From Hamiltosporidium tvaerminnensis FI-OER-3-3 (lineage: Eukaryota; Fungi; Microsporidia): a DNA stretch of 64,000 nt. The notes beneath the pieces are model-generated. The model was not told the origin of the DNA, made no database searches, and saw only the letters and a list, made by a program, of their open reading frames with translations. The position numbers were made by a program, and so were the translations under genes. The stretch is taken from the NCBI GenBank assembly GCA_022605425.2, contig CM061247.1, forward strand, positions 806,001-870,000, read 5' to 3'. Below are positions 1-12,499 of this stretch, in pieces. How positions within the stretch are numbered: the first letter of the stretch is position 1; each line of letters starts with the position of its first letter.

Positions 1-390
1 TAAATCTACACCTTCTTTTGTCATAAATTCATAAATATGTTTTTGATTCACTTCTTGGTTATTAAAGTAATAATTGCTTTTTTTATTAACAAATAATTCT
101 CTTTTAATACTGAAACTGGTGTTCCCCTTCTTAAAAAATAATTCAACTGAACATGAATTACATTTTGAACCATCATTATAAATCAAATCTGTTAAATTTG
201 AATGTCTCATTTTTTTTGCTCGAAATCCTAAAACAAATAACATACAATCTATTATATTACTTTTTCCAGATCCATTTGGACCAACAATAGCAGTAAAATG
301 TGGATCTATGTTATCTATGAAATGAATACCCTTGTAGCTTTTAAAATTTTCCAATTTAATTCCTGACAATACCAATCTTGAATTTTTCAT
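1..390 (-). CDS. SMC4: Condensin subunit SMC4, N-terminal head (partial, runs off the window's left edge)
   Basis: Hand translation from ATG at 390: MKNSRLVLSGIKLENFKSYKGIHFIDNIDPHFTAIVGPNGSGKSNIIDCMLFVLGFRAKKMRHSNLTDLIY. It contains the SMC ENFKSY motif, Walker A GPNGSGKSN and the SMC4-type LFVxGFRAxKMR. CCCC motif at 397-400 (minus strand). Not in the ORF track. Confidence 0.93.
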   Translation of the reverse strand, partial: MKNSRLVLSGIKLENFKSYKGIHFIDNIDPHFTAIVGPNGSGKSNIIDCMLFVLGFRAKKMRHSNLTDLIYNDGSKCNSCSVELFFKKGNTSFSIKRELFVNKKSNYYFNNQEVNQKHIYEFMTKEGVDL

Positions 391-630
391 GCGTAAGGGG
401 TTTCAAAATATTTTTATAAAAAAAATTTAAAATTGAATTTCTAAAATATGAATAAATTTTTGGGTTTTTTTTACTTCTTTATTAGCAAAAATTCATATTT
501 TTTCTGCTTTGTTTTTACATTCTCTGAGACAATAAGCTTATCTTAGATTTACAGATTTTTTTAGAATTAAATTTTACAAACGATTTTTTTAAGAATTTAT
601 AAAAAAAAACAGAAATTAGAAACAAAAAAA

Positions 631-820
631 TCATAAAAAAGTGATTGGTTGGAACAAATATTAAATTTAATAAACCGATATATAAGTCATAGGTATAAAA
701 ATTTTAACCTTTCTACTTTTAATACAATAATTATTCAAAGACCGTAAATTTAAATATTTAATTATTTTTTATACTTTTTACATTTTTAGTTATTTGTTCC
801 AACCAATAACTTTTTTAGGA
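631..820. mobile_element. MITE-like element with 30-bp terminal inverted repeats
   Basis: 631-660 TCATAAAAAAGTGATTGGTTGGAACAAATA versus reverse complement of 791-820 TCCTAAAAAAGTTATTGGTTGGAACAAATA (28/30), enclosing a non-coding AT-rich core. Confidence 0.6.
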
Positions 821-948
821 TTTTCAATACTTTATCAGATCCACTATATAGTTTTTAAAGAAAATATAAAGTTGGTGATTCTTTTTAAAAAAAAATTAGA
901 ATTTTTAATCTTTAAAGTAAATAAAAAAGATTTCTTTAAATTATTAAA

Positions 949-3900
949 TTATTTAATGAAATTCTGGGTTAAAATATTTTTACCATTTTTATATGTTTTC
1001 TTCTACCACTTTAACCACTTTTGTCTCTTCTTCCAGATCCGACTCTTCATTTATGTTATTGGTCGGTTCCTCGAAAGTGGTTCCTCCTTGTAAAATAAAG
1101 GGTGCTTTATTTTTTGGTTTAAAATTTTTTGCACCATTTTCCTCTCTCTTTTCTTCTTTTAAAGGTGGGGTTTGTTCCTCATGCATCTCTGTTCTCATAA
1201 TAACATCCATTGACGCTCTCTCCCAGCTCTCTTAGGCATTTAGTCCTGACTCAAGTCCTCTTCGTCGATCAAAGGAAATTGTTTTGACTGCCTTCTTAAG
1301 TACTATAGACTGAATTTATGCCTCTACATACATGGGTATTTCTAGTCTTTTAAGGTGTGATCTATGGTATTTTGTCACAATACCGTCCCAGGTCATCACA
1401 TAAGGGATTATCTCAACACTACATTTATAAATAAGACCCAACTCATTGGCTAGCAGGTCATACTTCCTAAGTTTTTCAGTTTCAACTATTTGAAGTGAAT
1501 TTTGGGAAGTGATTCCTACTTAAATGAGTGTTATCCTATTCTTCTTCTTATCTAAAATAAATATGTCCGGTCTGTTATTCCGAATTTTAACATCAGTTTT
1601 AATTCTGGTGTCCACTCTTATCTCTGCATACTCATTATCAAGAATTTCTTGAACTGAGTGACTCTTAATTCGTTTTGAAGACTTAAACTTATATCTATTT
1701 AGAAGAAGTAAGTGTAGGCATCTAACCACTTTCTTATGCCGTCTGGTGTAGTCATGGCCTAGCATTTTTTCAAATCTAGTTGCTAGATGATCTACAGTCT
1801 TACCAGACTTCCCGCAATGTTGACACACACCATCTGCTCCCCAGAATACATTTCTATCCTGGGTATAGCAGAACACAGCTTTATTTCGTGGCCTAATATT
1901 TCCTCTCTTTAGCCATCTTGAAGAGTCACTAACACTCACAAGCTCATTTTTTCTTGCATTATATAACTTTGAATGGAGTTTTCGTTTTTCTATTTCGTTA
2001 TATAGTTTTGCAAGTTGAGCTTCTTCTAAACTTTTCTTAGTGACTTCTTCTACCAACCTGTACTTTACTTTTAAGAAGCCTTTTATAAGTGCAAGATGGG
2101 TTTTATTATTATTCTCCACCTTGAAGATTGCTGCTCGTCTAGTGGATATTTCTTTACTTTTTTCCAGACAATCCAAGAGTTGCAGAAGCATATGTTCGCT
2201 TCGCAACTCAACACTATGTAGGCCTCTTCCAAGTTCTGTTCTAGGAAGATACAGCCGCTCTTTACATCCTGGGCGGAGATGTATCTTATTCTTAACCAAC
2301 ACCGCACGCACTGCATCATCTAACTTAGAGAAGTCCGCCGGTTCAAGTCGAAATACTCCTATGTGGTAGTTGATTAACGATATCGCATGTTGATTGATTG
2401 CAGAAAATAAATTTTTTGCATTTAATCTAGTGTGACAAAGTCTTTCAACTCTTGATATAAGTTTGCTCTGTACTTCTTCAAATGAGCTACGTGTTGGGAT
2501 TCCTCTGCTATCTTTTATTCCTAAATATTTGTAAACACTAACACCTTCTAGAAGAGTAGCAGTATCTTCACAACACGTATCATTTGTGGCTGACTTCTCT
2601 TTGTTAATCTCTAAGCCAATCACCTCTAAAAATTCCTTTGCCTCGCCTGTCATAGCACTCAATGTGGAGCTGTCTTTTGCAAGGAGCTTAAGATCATCAA
2701 TAAACAAGAGATGATTAGTAGAGTGGGATTCTGCATCTGTTTTTACTGTCAGTTTTGTGTATTTTTCATTAAGCTTTCGGCTTAATGGATCCATACACAA
2801 CACAAATAACAAAGGTGACAGACTATCTCCTTGTAGAATCCCTCTATCAATCTTCTTGCTCATGATTTTTTCAGGCCCTACTGATATATCAATTTTCCAT
2901 TTTGATATAATTACCTTAATAAATTTCAGGATCCAATCAGGTAAATTAGGGTTTTCAATGCATTGAGTTTAATGAGCATGATCTATTAAATCATAAGCTT
3001 TTTTAACATCAATCCATGTTGCCTTAAGATTATTTCCATACTCTTTATTTAAGGCAATATTCAGTAATGCCCGCTCTTTCGGTCCCTGCACACCTCTTAC
3101 CGCCCCTAATTGGTTCTCTGCAAGCAACCCTCGCCTTTCCACTTCAATTTGAACGACTTTAGTTACACACTTAGTCGTTAACTTGTAGAGGTTGGACATA
3201 CAAGTGATTGGCCTGTAGTCAGAGCCTCTTCGTGGAATTCCTTTCGGTATCAAATACGTAAGCCCGCAGTAAAACCAATCAGCTTGAGTTGTTCCTTCTA
3301 AACATATAACTTTTACAATATCATAAATATATTTGTGAAGAGTTGTAAGTTTCTTAATGAAAAAATTGTAAATACCATCAATTCCAGCAGCTTTCCAATT
3401 GGGAAGCCAATTAATGATATTTACAAATTCATCAAGTGAAGGAAACGTAGTCGGATGATTATCTGATACAAATGGAATCAAATAATCATCATACGTGACT
3501 GTGTCATCATTTTTGTTCCACATTGTAGACCAAAAACTCACAATTTCATCACGGCTAACCACATGCTCGGATTCTACACGCTTAGATAACCTACGATAAA
3601 ATCAACCTCGAAAAAGTTCAAACATACGATTCTCTTTTCGGAATTGCTTCCTACTTTCATGCATCGTAATTTTTTTCTCGTAAACATTTAAAGACTCATT
3701 CTTCTTAACCAAAGCCTCAGAAAGATCAGTTACACTGCTCAAGTTTAAATTAAACTCTCGCATGATTTTCTTAAGGCTCTTCGTTTCCGGAGTGGAGAGC
3801 TTTTCCTGCTTACGAGCCTTCTCGAGAAGATCTTTGGAAAGTACTAACTTAGAAATTTTACTTCCTATGTTTTCCTTCCAAGCGGATATAGGCTTCTCTT

Positions 3901-4761
3901 TGCGTGTTGCCTCGTCATAGCATACCTGGGCTGCCTGGATTATCCGTGCCACTGCAGTTATCGTCATCGGCACACAAGAATCAGCATACTCACCGATAAT
4001 TCGATTAATAAGGTCCAAAACTTTACTATCAACCAATTCACCTGGAAGCTTTCGAGTTCGGACCACCGCTTTTCCAATTTCCTTCTGCGATATTTCTTTG
4101 ATTTTACTCAATAATTTATCTCTCAGGTTTATGTACTCCGTGATGTCGGTCAGGGTGCATGGCTCAGTGAGACAAGTGGCGATTCTACGTCGCTCTCCAT
4201 TCTCTTCTTGCCTTATTCCCTTTTCTGCCTCATTTTGTGCGAGTTTTTTAAACGCATCGATATCTAGTGTGCAGCCGAATTTCTCATTATAATACCTGTG
4301 AAGCTCTGTCCAGCCATTTCTTGGTATTCTTTCAAACCTTGTCTGTACGTAAAAAAACAATTCGAGGCCATTCCTTTGGGTCGGCTTTTACGAAATCGAA
4401 TATCGTCCGCAATGCCATTAGCCTGTTACCTTCCGGAATAGCTAGAGTACAGGGGCTTGTCATGTCGTACGATGGCTCGCACGCAGAGACATTGCTACCA
4501 GAAGAGGGAACTGGTGTATTAGGCGAAGGTAAGGTGTCAAGCCCACTATTTTGCATTTTACTGCATGTTTGGCTTGGTGGTGGAGGTGTTATTGTTGTGT
4601 AGGAGGAGGAAGGTAGTGAAATCGCCGGTGGGTGTAGCTTACATTTTTGTACCTCACACATATCATCTCTTCTTCGCTGTTCTCATCAGCGTCGTTTGCA
4701 GCCTTTATTTTGGTATTTTTCGATATTTTCGCTGTCTAACATTTTTCTTTCTACCCATCCT
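949..4761 (-). mobile_element. Non-LTR retrotransposon copy A (RT + CCHC + REL endonuclease, R4/Dong-like), disrupted by frameshifts and stops
   Basis: ORF pieces 4332-4661, 3602-4360, 2969-3562, 1520-2863 and 989-1210 are collinear with copy B. Motifs DYRPITC, QGDSLSPLLF, NHLLFIDDLKL, YKYLG, CQHC..DHL, RPDI..LI. ATG at 4758; 3' end TAACCCAGAATTTCATTAAATAA near 949. Confidence 0.93.
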
Positions 4762-4809
4762 GAAAATAAATTTTTAATAATAATTTAAGAAAGATTTATT
4801 TAAAAATTT

Positions 4810-4864
4810 TTAAAAATGGGGGGAAGTATTATTTTTTTTTAAAAAAAAAAAAAAAAATAAAAAA

Positions 4865-4904
<40 letters not shown>

Positions 4905-5056
4905 CCAAAAAACCCAAAACCCAAAAAAAAAAAAAATAAAAAAAAAAAAAAAAAAAAAAAAAAGGAGGGGGAGAAAGGCGAAAATGGGGGGAAAAAGAAG
5001 GGAAGCAAGCCCAACCCCCCCCCCACCCCACCCACAACCCCCCCCCCCCCCCCCAC

Positions 5057-5149
<93 letters not shown>

Positions 5150-5230
5150 CACAAAAAAACCCCCAACTAACCCTTTAAAATTTTTTCTTTAAAACCCCCA
5201 ACCCCTAAATTTAAAAAAAAAAAAAAAAAT
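4810..5230. repeat. Low-complexity poly-A/poly-C tract, probably a low-quality read or assembly artefact
   Basis: Long A runs (about 90 nt at 5058-5147) and C runs; the ORFs here are poly-Phe/poly-Lys. Confidence 0.7.
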
Positions 5231-5499
5231 TTAACGAAAAATAACTAAAAAAATAATTTAATACGAAATATAACCCAAAGTTTATGAAAATAAAATTATT
5301 GAATTTAGTCATTACAAACATAATTCTATAAATAAAGAAACAATAAAAATTTTTTATGAAGGAAACCCTACTCTCTGGCTGTAATTTAAAAGTCAGAATT
5401 TTATATTTGAGCGTAAGTATGTTTTGTGTTTTAAACAGAAACAGTCTGATAAAAGTTAAAAACGATGTGAGTTAATATTTTAATCAATTTTTATTTAAT

Positions 5500-5580
5500 A
5501 ATATTTTTATTTAATAAAATTCTAGGTTAAAATATTTTTTTACCATTTTTATATATTTTCTTTTGCCTCTTTAACCACTA
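5500..5580 (-). mobile_element. Short 3'-terminal fragment of the R4-like retrotransposon
   Basis: TTTAATAAAATTCTAGGTTAAAATATTTTTTTACCATTTTTATATATTTTC matches copy A at 952-1000. Confidence 0.75.
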
Positions 5581-6299
5581 ATTTTAATTAAAATAATTCA
5601 TTTTTAATAAAAACTTTGGTTTAAATAACTCATTTTATTAAACATTTTTTAGAAATTTGGTCGGTTACTATATTGGTATATCAATAGATTTTATATTGTT
5701 CTAGTATTACGAGCAATTCTAAGAAATATTGGTGCTTTTATATATAAAACGTGTTCTAAATATTATTATACAATTGATTTGATTTTTGTTTAAAAGATAA
5801 TTTTTACTTCTTTGTTCTTTCAGAACCAAAACGTATATAGTTGTATTATGTGTTAGCATTTAAGGACCTAGCATTTTTTAATTGTATTTTAATATAACTA
5901 TTATCCATCAATAGAATAATAAAAAAACACTTGAAAAAAGATATAATCTGAGTAATCAGTATTTTGTTTTATATTTGTATTATTAGATATTTTAATTAAT
6001 AAACTTCAATTTTCAGTAAAATCATTAAAAAAAGCGAATTATATTAAAATAGGTCTTTCATGAATATTTCATATGTCTGAATATAAATTTAATTCTGTTA
6101 AATCTTTCTCTTGTTATAGAATATGGACAATAAAGTTAAAGTAACAATATTCGAGATAAAATAGGTTATATTTTTAAAATATCGGATGTATATGATTCAA
6201 TGTTTCAAAACCTTAATTTATAGATTTTATCAATGAATTTCTCGAAGCAAACTATATTCAAATAAAAAATTAATGATTTTTTGAAGCCTAAAAATGAAC

Positions 6300-8340
6300 G
6301 AACAAGCGATAAAAATTGTAAAAATATTATTTTTTCTCCAATCTTGTGTTGTATATTGTGGATTCATTTGAAAGAAAACACCTTTAAACGTCACAAAAGC
6401 GACAATAAATAATGAACCCACTTTCTCCAGTTATTAGTACTCGTCTTTTTTGAGTTTCTTAGTTTATTGCAGTATACAGTTCTAAATTAGGATCTATAGG
6501 AAGTGAGTTGAAAGAAATATTAAAGATTATTAGAAAAATAGATAAAAGAGATTTAGTCACAAATGTTAAATGTTGTGAATATATTGCCACTCTATATATG
6601 ATGTTCGAGTTTATAGATAATTGGGAATAATAGAAGGTACCCAGAGCAATCCGACATTGCTCATTGGACAAATTTCAAGCAAACTAATACGAAACGATGA
6701 AATGTTCTGAAATTCAAAATCAAATACAAAAAGTTTATTCTATGTAATCATCTAAAACTTGATATTTCACTCAACTATTATATAAGATTAGTTCCATACA
6801 AATCAGAAAATTATCACAGTTAGATAATGAAGAGTTTATTTTTTGCAAGAATAAAGTACATCTGGCAGATACAAAGTTGTTTAAATCATTATAGAAATCA
6901 ACGGAGAATAATTTTAGAAAGTGTTGAATTTCACAGTGAACATATGCATCAGTAACTCATAAGTTTTGTTGAAAAAAGTGGAGAAATATAAGTCGTAGAG
7001 CAGCAATTCCAAATGTAAAGAGCACCAATGGAACCTATCTAGCACTTAAAAATGGCTTCTTAAAAGTGAAGTATAGGTTGTGAGAGGAACTCAAGAAAAT
7101 AATTTAGAATAAGTTCTACTCGCAGGATTATATTACGAAATAGAAAAACGAAAAGATCACTCAAAGGTATATAATACAAGAAAAAATAAGCATCTGAATT
7201 TTTCAATCTTTAAGATGGTTGAAGAAAGAAATTTTTAGATGAAGTAGTGAAACAATTTCCCCTGTATTCAGAAGAGTGTATTCTGGTGTTCAGAAAGTGT
7301 GTAGCTACACTGAAATAATTTTAGTGATCAGTAGAATGTTAAGGACCAATCAGTCAAAATGCATAGATATATCTACACCGGATATAATAATCTAGTAGTA
7401 AGGATCATACATATATCCTAAGAAATTACATAAAAATTTGATCGAAAGGGCGGACTAAGCGCGCTCCTGTCCATGTAATTTTTAATAACTAGTATGTAGC
7501 TTCTATCGAACAGCGTGGCAAAAACTGATACTTATTTACTCATTTTATTATTCTTTTACCTCACAGGGCGGATAGATGAACAACTAGAAATTCGCTAATT
7601 ATTTCTTCTAGTCTAATGTAACTCGGATTATAGGGGATCGACTATAGATCTAATGTAGTTAATATTCCACCAAAGTATTTCCAATGATTTTCACAAAAAT
7701 TGCACATCCACATTGGCAACCAGATAATTTTTAATGCTATTATCCTCTTTACTTAAAAACAGATATCGAGATTCGAAATAATAGACTCGATACATATATT
7801 TTAGATATGTAAATAGCCAAGATAACTCTTATTAAGATAAGAATTTCTTTCCAAAATTTCCTTCAAATACAGGAAACCGAAAAACTTAGAAAGTATGCAC
7901 CATTAGCCAAGGATTTACATATTATTTATAGATGCAAGTGTTTTGTAAACCGATTATGTGATAAACAAGCCAATAATATGACAGACGACTGCTATTAACC
8001 CCAGGAGGCTAAAGAATCACCGAAAGAGCCATATATACAATCAAAAAGGTTTAAATAATGGGTTTTAACAATTTCATTCTATAGAAAAAAATAACTTAGT
8101 CAGTTTCAAATGCAAATCCCGAGAAGAGCTAAGAGAGTATTTCGATAGATTTATGAAACCGTGCATATATTAAACGAAAACTATACTTCTTTGTAACAAT
8201 CAAATACCAAGAAGATAATAGAATCAGGGAAACCAAAAATAAATGCCTATTTTTCTAGAATACGTAACTAAATAAAAAAACCGGCAATAGATAAAACAAG
8301 ATTCAGTCTTTGTAAACATAAATTAAATAATCAAATGGTG
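6300..8340 (+). mobile_element. Highly degenerate relic of the R4-like retrotransposon
   Basis: 7135 CGAAATAGAAAAACGAAAAGATCACTCAAAGGTATATAAT and 7861 CTTCAAATACAGGAAACCGAAAAACTTAGAAAGTATG align to copy B near 53986 and 54490. Boundaries are approximate. Confidence 0.75.
7531..7754 (-). mobile_element. Short shared-head SINE-like element (copy S1), inserted in the RT relic
   Basis: Homologous to 11472-11692 and 18659-18885. Flanked by AAAAACTGATA (7520-7530) and AAAAACAGATA (7755-7765), an 11-bp TSD with one mismatch that duplicates the relic's K-T-D codons. Confidence 0.75.
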
Positions 8341-9037
8341 AAAGGAATAGTTAAAAGAGCTATTTATGTGTTATAGATTGAATTTCCTTTATTTATATGT
8401 AACAACAGCATTATAATCATACATTCAAATTTTAAGATGTATTTTAGAGAATTTTCTCATCAGTATCTTAAAGTGATCATTTTAATACTTAAATATATAA
8501 CATTAATTGTAATTTTTACATAAATTTGTGCCAATCATATTTTACAGGAATAATTGATTAAAAGGATATTGAATTATCAAGGAATGATGCTTTTTCGATA
8601 GTTTTTAAGCTATGATTGCTGTTTTTATGTTGGTTTTTATAATTTAATTCTTCTTACTACATAAAAGACATTATGTTTCCGAAACTATAGTATAAACTAT
8701 AAAATAATTTTTAGGATTTACTTCTCAAGTTTACATTAAAATAAATCAGAAGGATCAGATTGATCACGGTTATTGCATATTTGATAAAAACCTGAATATA
8801 AATATAATTAAAACTTTTATCATAAATTCTCGAACAATTGTGATAGATCTAATTTCGTATTGAACCAAAGTGCAATTCTTTCTGTTATACTCAATTTTTT
8901 TTAATTAACCTTTAAAATTATAAGCTCGATATGCTGTACAAATAGAATATCAAATAAAATATCAAATAAATTTTTCTTGTAAATACAAATCGAATTTAAA
9001 AACTACCAATCTTTTTATATATTAGTGTTTATAGAAA

Positions 9038-11398
9038 TTACAAGAGAACCCTGGTTTCTAGGTGGAACAAAAAATCATTTAAACTTACAAACTTGATGCG
9101 ATTTATGCTAAAATGATCTCCAAAATAGGCAGAGAAGAGTTCTAAATTTTTTAATTGTGAAATTTTTATAAAATCATTTTTAACAAATTCAATATTATCT
9201 AAATATAATACAGTAATATTTTTTAGCATATAATTTGACAAAATATCACTAAAAAAACAATTTACAAATTTTACTTTTTCAAAATGAATACTTTTAAGTA
9301 AATTTAACGATGACAAAAAACTCATATCCTTATTATAGAGTATCGTTGAGGCCAAATTCAGCTCGCATATGTTCTTTAAACTCCAGTGTTTGTCAAATAT
9401 ACCATTCAATAATTCAGAATCAAATGTAATTTGACACATATTTAATTTTTTGATATATAAAAAACCGTCGGAATCAACTTTATCATCATTGAAGAATTCT
9501 AATAATTTATCGTTCGTGGTATGAAAGTGAATATCAAAGTGTATTCTAGGTTGCGGAGCAATCGAAGAGATCTCAATAAATTTTAATTGTTTAAAACACT
9601 GAAGATATTCTAAGAGATTTCTATTAAACGGACGGTTAATTGGTTTTAAGTAGAATTTTTCAACACAAAAATTAAAGTTTGGAAAATTAAAATTAGAATT
9701 CATTGCTTCCGATATGTCTATTTGTGTAAAATATACTCTTTTCAATGTTTTTGAATGAAAAACAAAATAAAAAAGTTCAAGACTAATGGTTGAATTAAAA
9801 ATAAGAATTTTCTTCATGAAATTAAAATTTGAAACAAAATCAAATTCTTGAAGCTTATAATATGGGCTATCTCCAATTATGCGAAAAAACAATGAAAAGT
9901 CTTTGATTTTTTTGAACATACTAAGAATTTTGGCTTGGTTTTTATTTAAAGTTTCATTGCAACCAATCTTCAAAGTCTCTATAAAATTTTCTAAATTTAA
10001 CGTTTTATATATTTTAGAAAATAAGATGTCAATATTTTTAGGGAAATCAATGTGTAATGCTAAATTTTTGTTTGTCATACTATTAAGATATTCCTTTGGC
10101 AATAATGAGAGAGTTTCAATAATTTCATTGGTTAGTGTCAGAGAAATTTGTGTAGCTGGCAAATAATTTGGTAATTCTAAAATTTTTTCAATTATATTTA
10201 CATTATTAGGTAAGCAATAAGGAATAGAAATTGTATTTATATTCTTTAATTGTTTTATAAATTCAATCGTTTCGAAAAACATCTCGTTTATATATAACTT
10301 CAACTTTTTTATCATCGGTCTTTTCAAGATTGGGTATAAATACGACAAAAATGTTTGTTCGTTTCTAAACATTTTTATTATTATTTTTACACATGAAAAT
10401 GGAATAAGATTTGCAAATTTATTCGGATCACAGTTGAAGTTCTGGGAAAGGTGACTAATAACTAACTTTTTAAGTTTCATTGCATTCAAAAGTAGCTTTA
10501 AAGTTGCATATAAAATCTTTTTACGTAAAAATTCATCAAAAAATGATTTGTTACTGTCTGCAACAATGATTCGAGATTTTTTAGAGCAGAGATTATCGGT
10601 GAAATCTCTATTTAAGTGGAGGCTATAGGGATGTCTCGGACATAAATCATTGAGTTTTTGAAATCTTGTAAAAGTAAATCTCAAATATTGTTCAACAAAA
10701 ACAACAACTAAACTGGTATTTATTCCGCTGCTTAAACACTTTGAAAAATCAATTTGATTCAATCTGTTAGAAAATTTGCAATGAAGGAAGAAATTGAGAC
10801 CTAATGATTTTAAAAAGTATTTTAAATTCTTTGAATACACGATTTCAAAATCCAAAAGAAAATTAAAAACAAACTTTAAATCTAGGCCAACTATCCGTGT
10901 GATCAAATTATCAGGGGCCTTTAAAATTCTCATCAAACATAAAAAGTCATCGTAATAATACTTTTCTAAAATAATTTCTACATTTTTGTTGGATGCGCTT
11001 TTTATAGCTCTTTCTATGAATTTCGAGATTAAAGGAATATCTTTCGGATATTCGACTATATATTTTTTTAATATGAAATGAGTCACATTGATTCCGAATT
11101 TCATACATTGGATGCGATTGTTTTTAAAAGTATGATCCTCATAACATATTTCCAAACGATTATGTATTTTGCAGCTGTAAATAGCAGAATTATGGATTTT
11201 ATTAATATCACAATTTTCTTTACATAAAGATGCGTTAAGTAGAAGAGTCACTCGACCGGAACAAGATGATGAACAAAAGCCAAAAGATAACAATATTATT
11301 ACACTCTTTGTGATCCCATTCTTGCCTTTTTTAGTATAAAATATTACAAAATATTTTATTACAATAAATCCTAAAATAATATATATAAGTAAATCCAT
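9038..11398 (-). CDS. 786-aa orphan protein with N-terminal hydrophobic segment and LRR-like C-terminal region
   Basis: Long ORF; MDLLIYIILGFIVIKYFVIFY hydrophobic start; LxxLxL-like periodicity (LKNICELNL, LNLLKSIHF, LKNITVLYL, LKNLELF). CCC motif at 11406-11408 (minus strand). Confidence 0.8.
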   Translation of the reverse strand: MDLLIYIILGFIVIKYFVIFYTKKGKNGITKSVIILLSFGFCSSSCSGRVTLLLNASLCKENCDINKIHNSAIYSCKIHNRLEICYEDHTFKNNRIQCMKFGINVTHFILKKYIVEYPKDIPLISKFIERAIKSASNKNVEIILEKYYYDDFLCLMRILKAPDNLITRIVGLDLKFVFNFLLDFEIVYSKNLKYFLKSLGLNFFLHCKFSNRLNQIDFSKCLSSGINTSLVVVFVEQYLRFTFTRFQKLNDLCPRHPYSLHLNRDFTDNLCSKKSRIIVADSNKSFFDEFLRKKILYATLKLLLNAMKLKKLVISHLSQNFNCDPNKFANLIPFSCVKIIIKMFRNEQTFLSYLYPILKRPMIKKLKLYINEMFFETIEFIKQLKNINTISIPYCLPNNVNIIEKILELPNYLPATQISLTLTNEIIETLSLLPKEYLNSMTNKNLALHIDFPKNIDILFSKIYKTLNLENFIETLKIGCNETLNKNQAKILSMFKKIKDFSLFFRIIGDSPYYKLQEFDFVSNFNFMKKILIFNSTISLELFYFVFHSKTLKRVYFTQIDISEAMNSNFNFPNFNFCVEKFYLKPINRPFNRNLLEYLQCFKQLKFIEISSIAPQPRIHFDIHFHTTNDKLLEFFNDDKVDSDGFLYIKKLNMCQITFDSELLNGIFDKHWSLKNICELNLASTILYNKDMSFLSSLNLLKSIHFEKVKFVNCFFSDILSNYMLKNITVLYLDNIEFVKNDFIKISQLKNLELFSAYFGDHFSINRIKFVSLNDFLFHLETRVLL

Positions 11399-11471
11399 AA
11401 CGGAAGGGTAAATTAATTTAATTAATATAATCTAATATTAAGAGTAAACACCTAAATATAAAATTATTTAC

Positions 11472-11692
11472 ATACTTACTTATTCAACTCTTTTACCTCT
11501 CGGTGTCGAAGATGAACAAATGAATTTTTTCCATTTGTTTCTTTTAATATGTTGTACTTTGGGGGTATAGAGGATTAACCTATAGATTTAGTATGGTTTA
11601 TATCCTACAAAAATGGCAAAGATGGATTTCACAACAATTCTACGCACTTATTGTCAACCAGATGGTTTTTAATGTAGTTATCCTCTCTCCAC
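11472..11692 (-). mobile_element. Short shared-head SINE-like element (copy S2)
   Basis: Minus strand reads GTGGAGAGAGGATAACTACATTAAAAACCATCTGGTTGACAATAAG ... GAGAGGTAAAAGAGTTGAATAAGTAAGTAT, with a (TAAG)n tail. Confidence 0.8.
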
Positions 11693-11944
11693 CCCAGATA
11701 ACTATAACAGATAGAAATCTTTTATATCATATAATTCCAAAAAATGATGAAAAAAAACCCAAAAATAATGCTGAAAGAAAAATTTCGTCAAGATTGCTCA
11801 TTAAAATTTTCAAATCCCCTGGGCTTAAAACTCAACAATAAATATACAGAGTTAAGAACGTGATGCCATTTTCTGCACTATAAATTAGCTCTTCTTTATT
11901 TATTTCTTTGTGTACCTGGAATTATACAGCTCCCCATTGAGATC

Positions 11945-12499
11945 TGTAACAATCGCGGCCGAGAAGTCTTAAAAGTTACTGTGCTAGAGAGAAACAAACA
12001 GAAGTCTGCTAAATTTGTTACATGTTGCAAATATACTGGTTTTTAAAGAATAAATTCGTTTTTTTACACAATTATGACTAAACATAGATAGCAGAGGCAT
12101 TCGACACGAATCTAATTTAAAGAAGCATACTTAGTTACTAGGTAGTATTTCAGCCGTTTAAGAGTCCTAGCCTCATTTACTTTTAACTTCCACTTTCACG
12201 ATTTAGTACTAATCTTTTAAATCCGTCTATACCAAGGCGACTAAGATATTTTTAGAACCAATTAGACATCTAGTTTTAGGGAACTAGGAAATCTTGAACT
12301 AAGGGAATGGAATATAGACTTTTTTCCACAGTTAGAGAAGCATAACAAAAATAAAATTTAGAACTGAAAGAATTAATCGTATTAGATTATACCTAATAAT
12401 TTTTTTTCTGATTTAATGCAAAAAAAATATCTTCATTGTAATTTGCAGATTCAAGAAATCCATCTTTACCACCTGGCTTCTATAAATTAAATGGCGCCC
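11945..12499. mobile_element. Possible degenerate LTR with primer-binding-site-like motif
   Basis: Begins TGTAACA at 11945; TGGCGCCC (PBS-like) at 12492-12499. No second LTR and no intact gag seen. Confidence 0.3.

Noticed and set aside
949-4761. TSD for copy A
   Set aside because: The flanks do not match convincingly, and the upstream flank abuts low-quality sequence.
4810-5178. Poly-Phe, poly-Lys and poly-Pro ORFs; telomere or G-quadruplex
   Set aside because: Homopolymer-degraded sequence with no regular telomeric unit; likely an artefact.
11472-11692. U1 snRNA, because the plus strand starts ATACTTAC
   Set aside because: The number of CTTA units varies among copies, as expected for a (TAAG)n tail on the other strand. 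No conserved U1-70K or U1A loops are seen, and one copy has a TSD.
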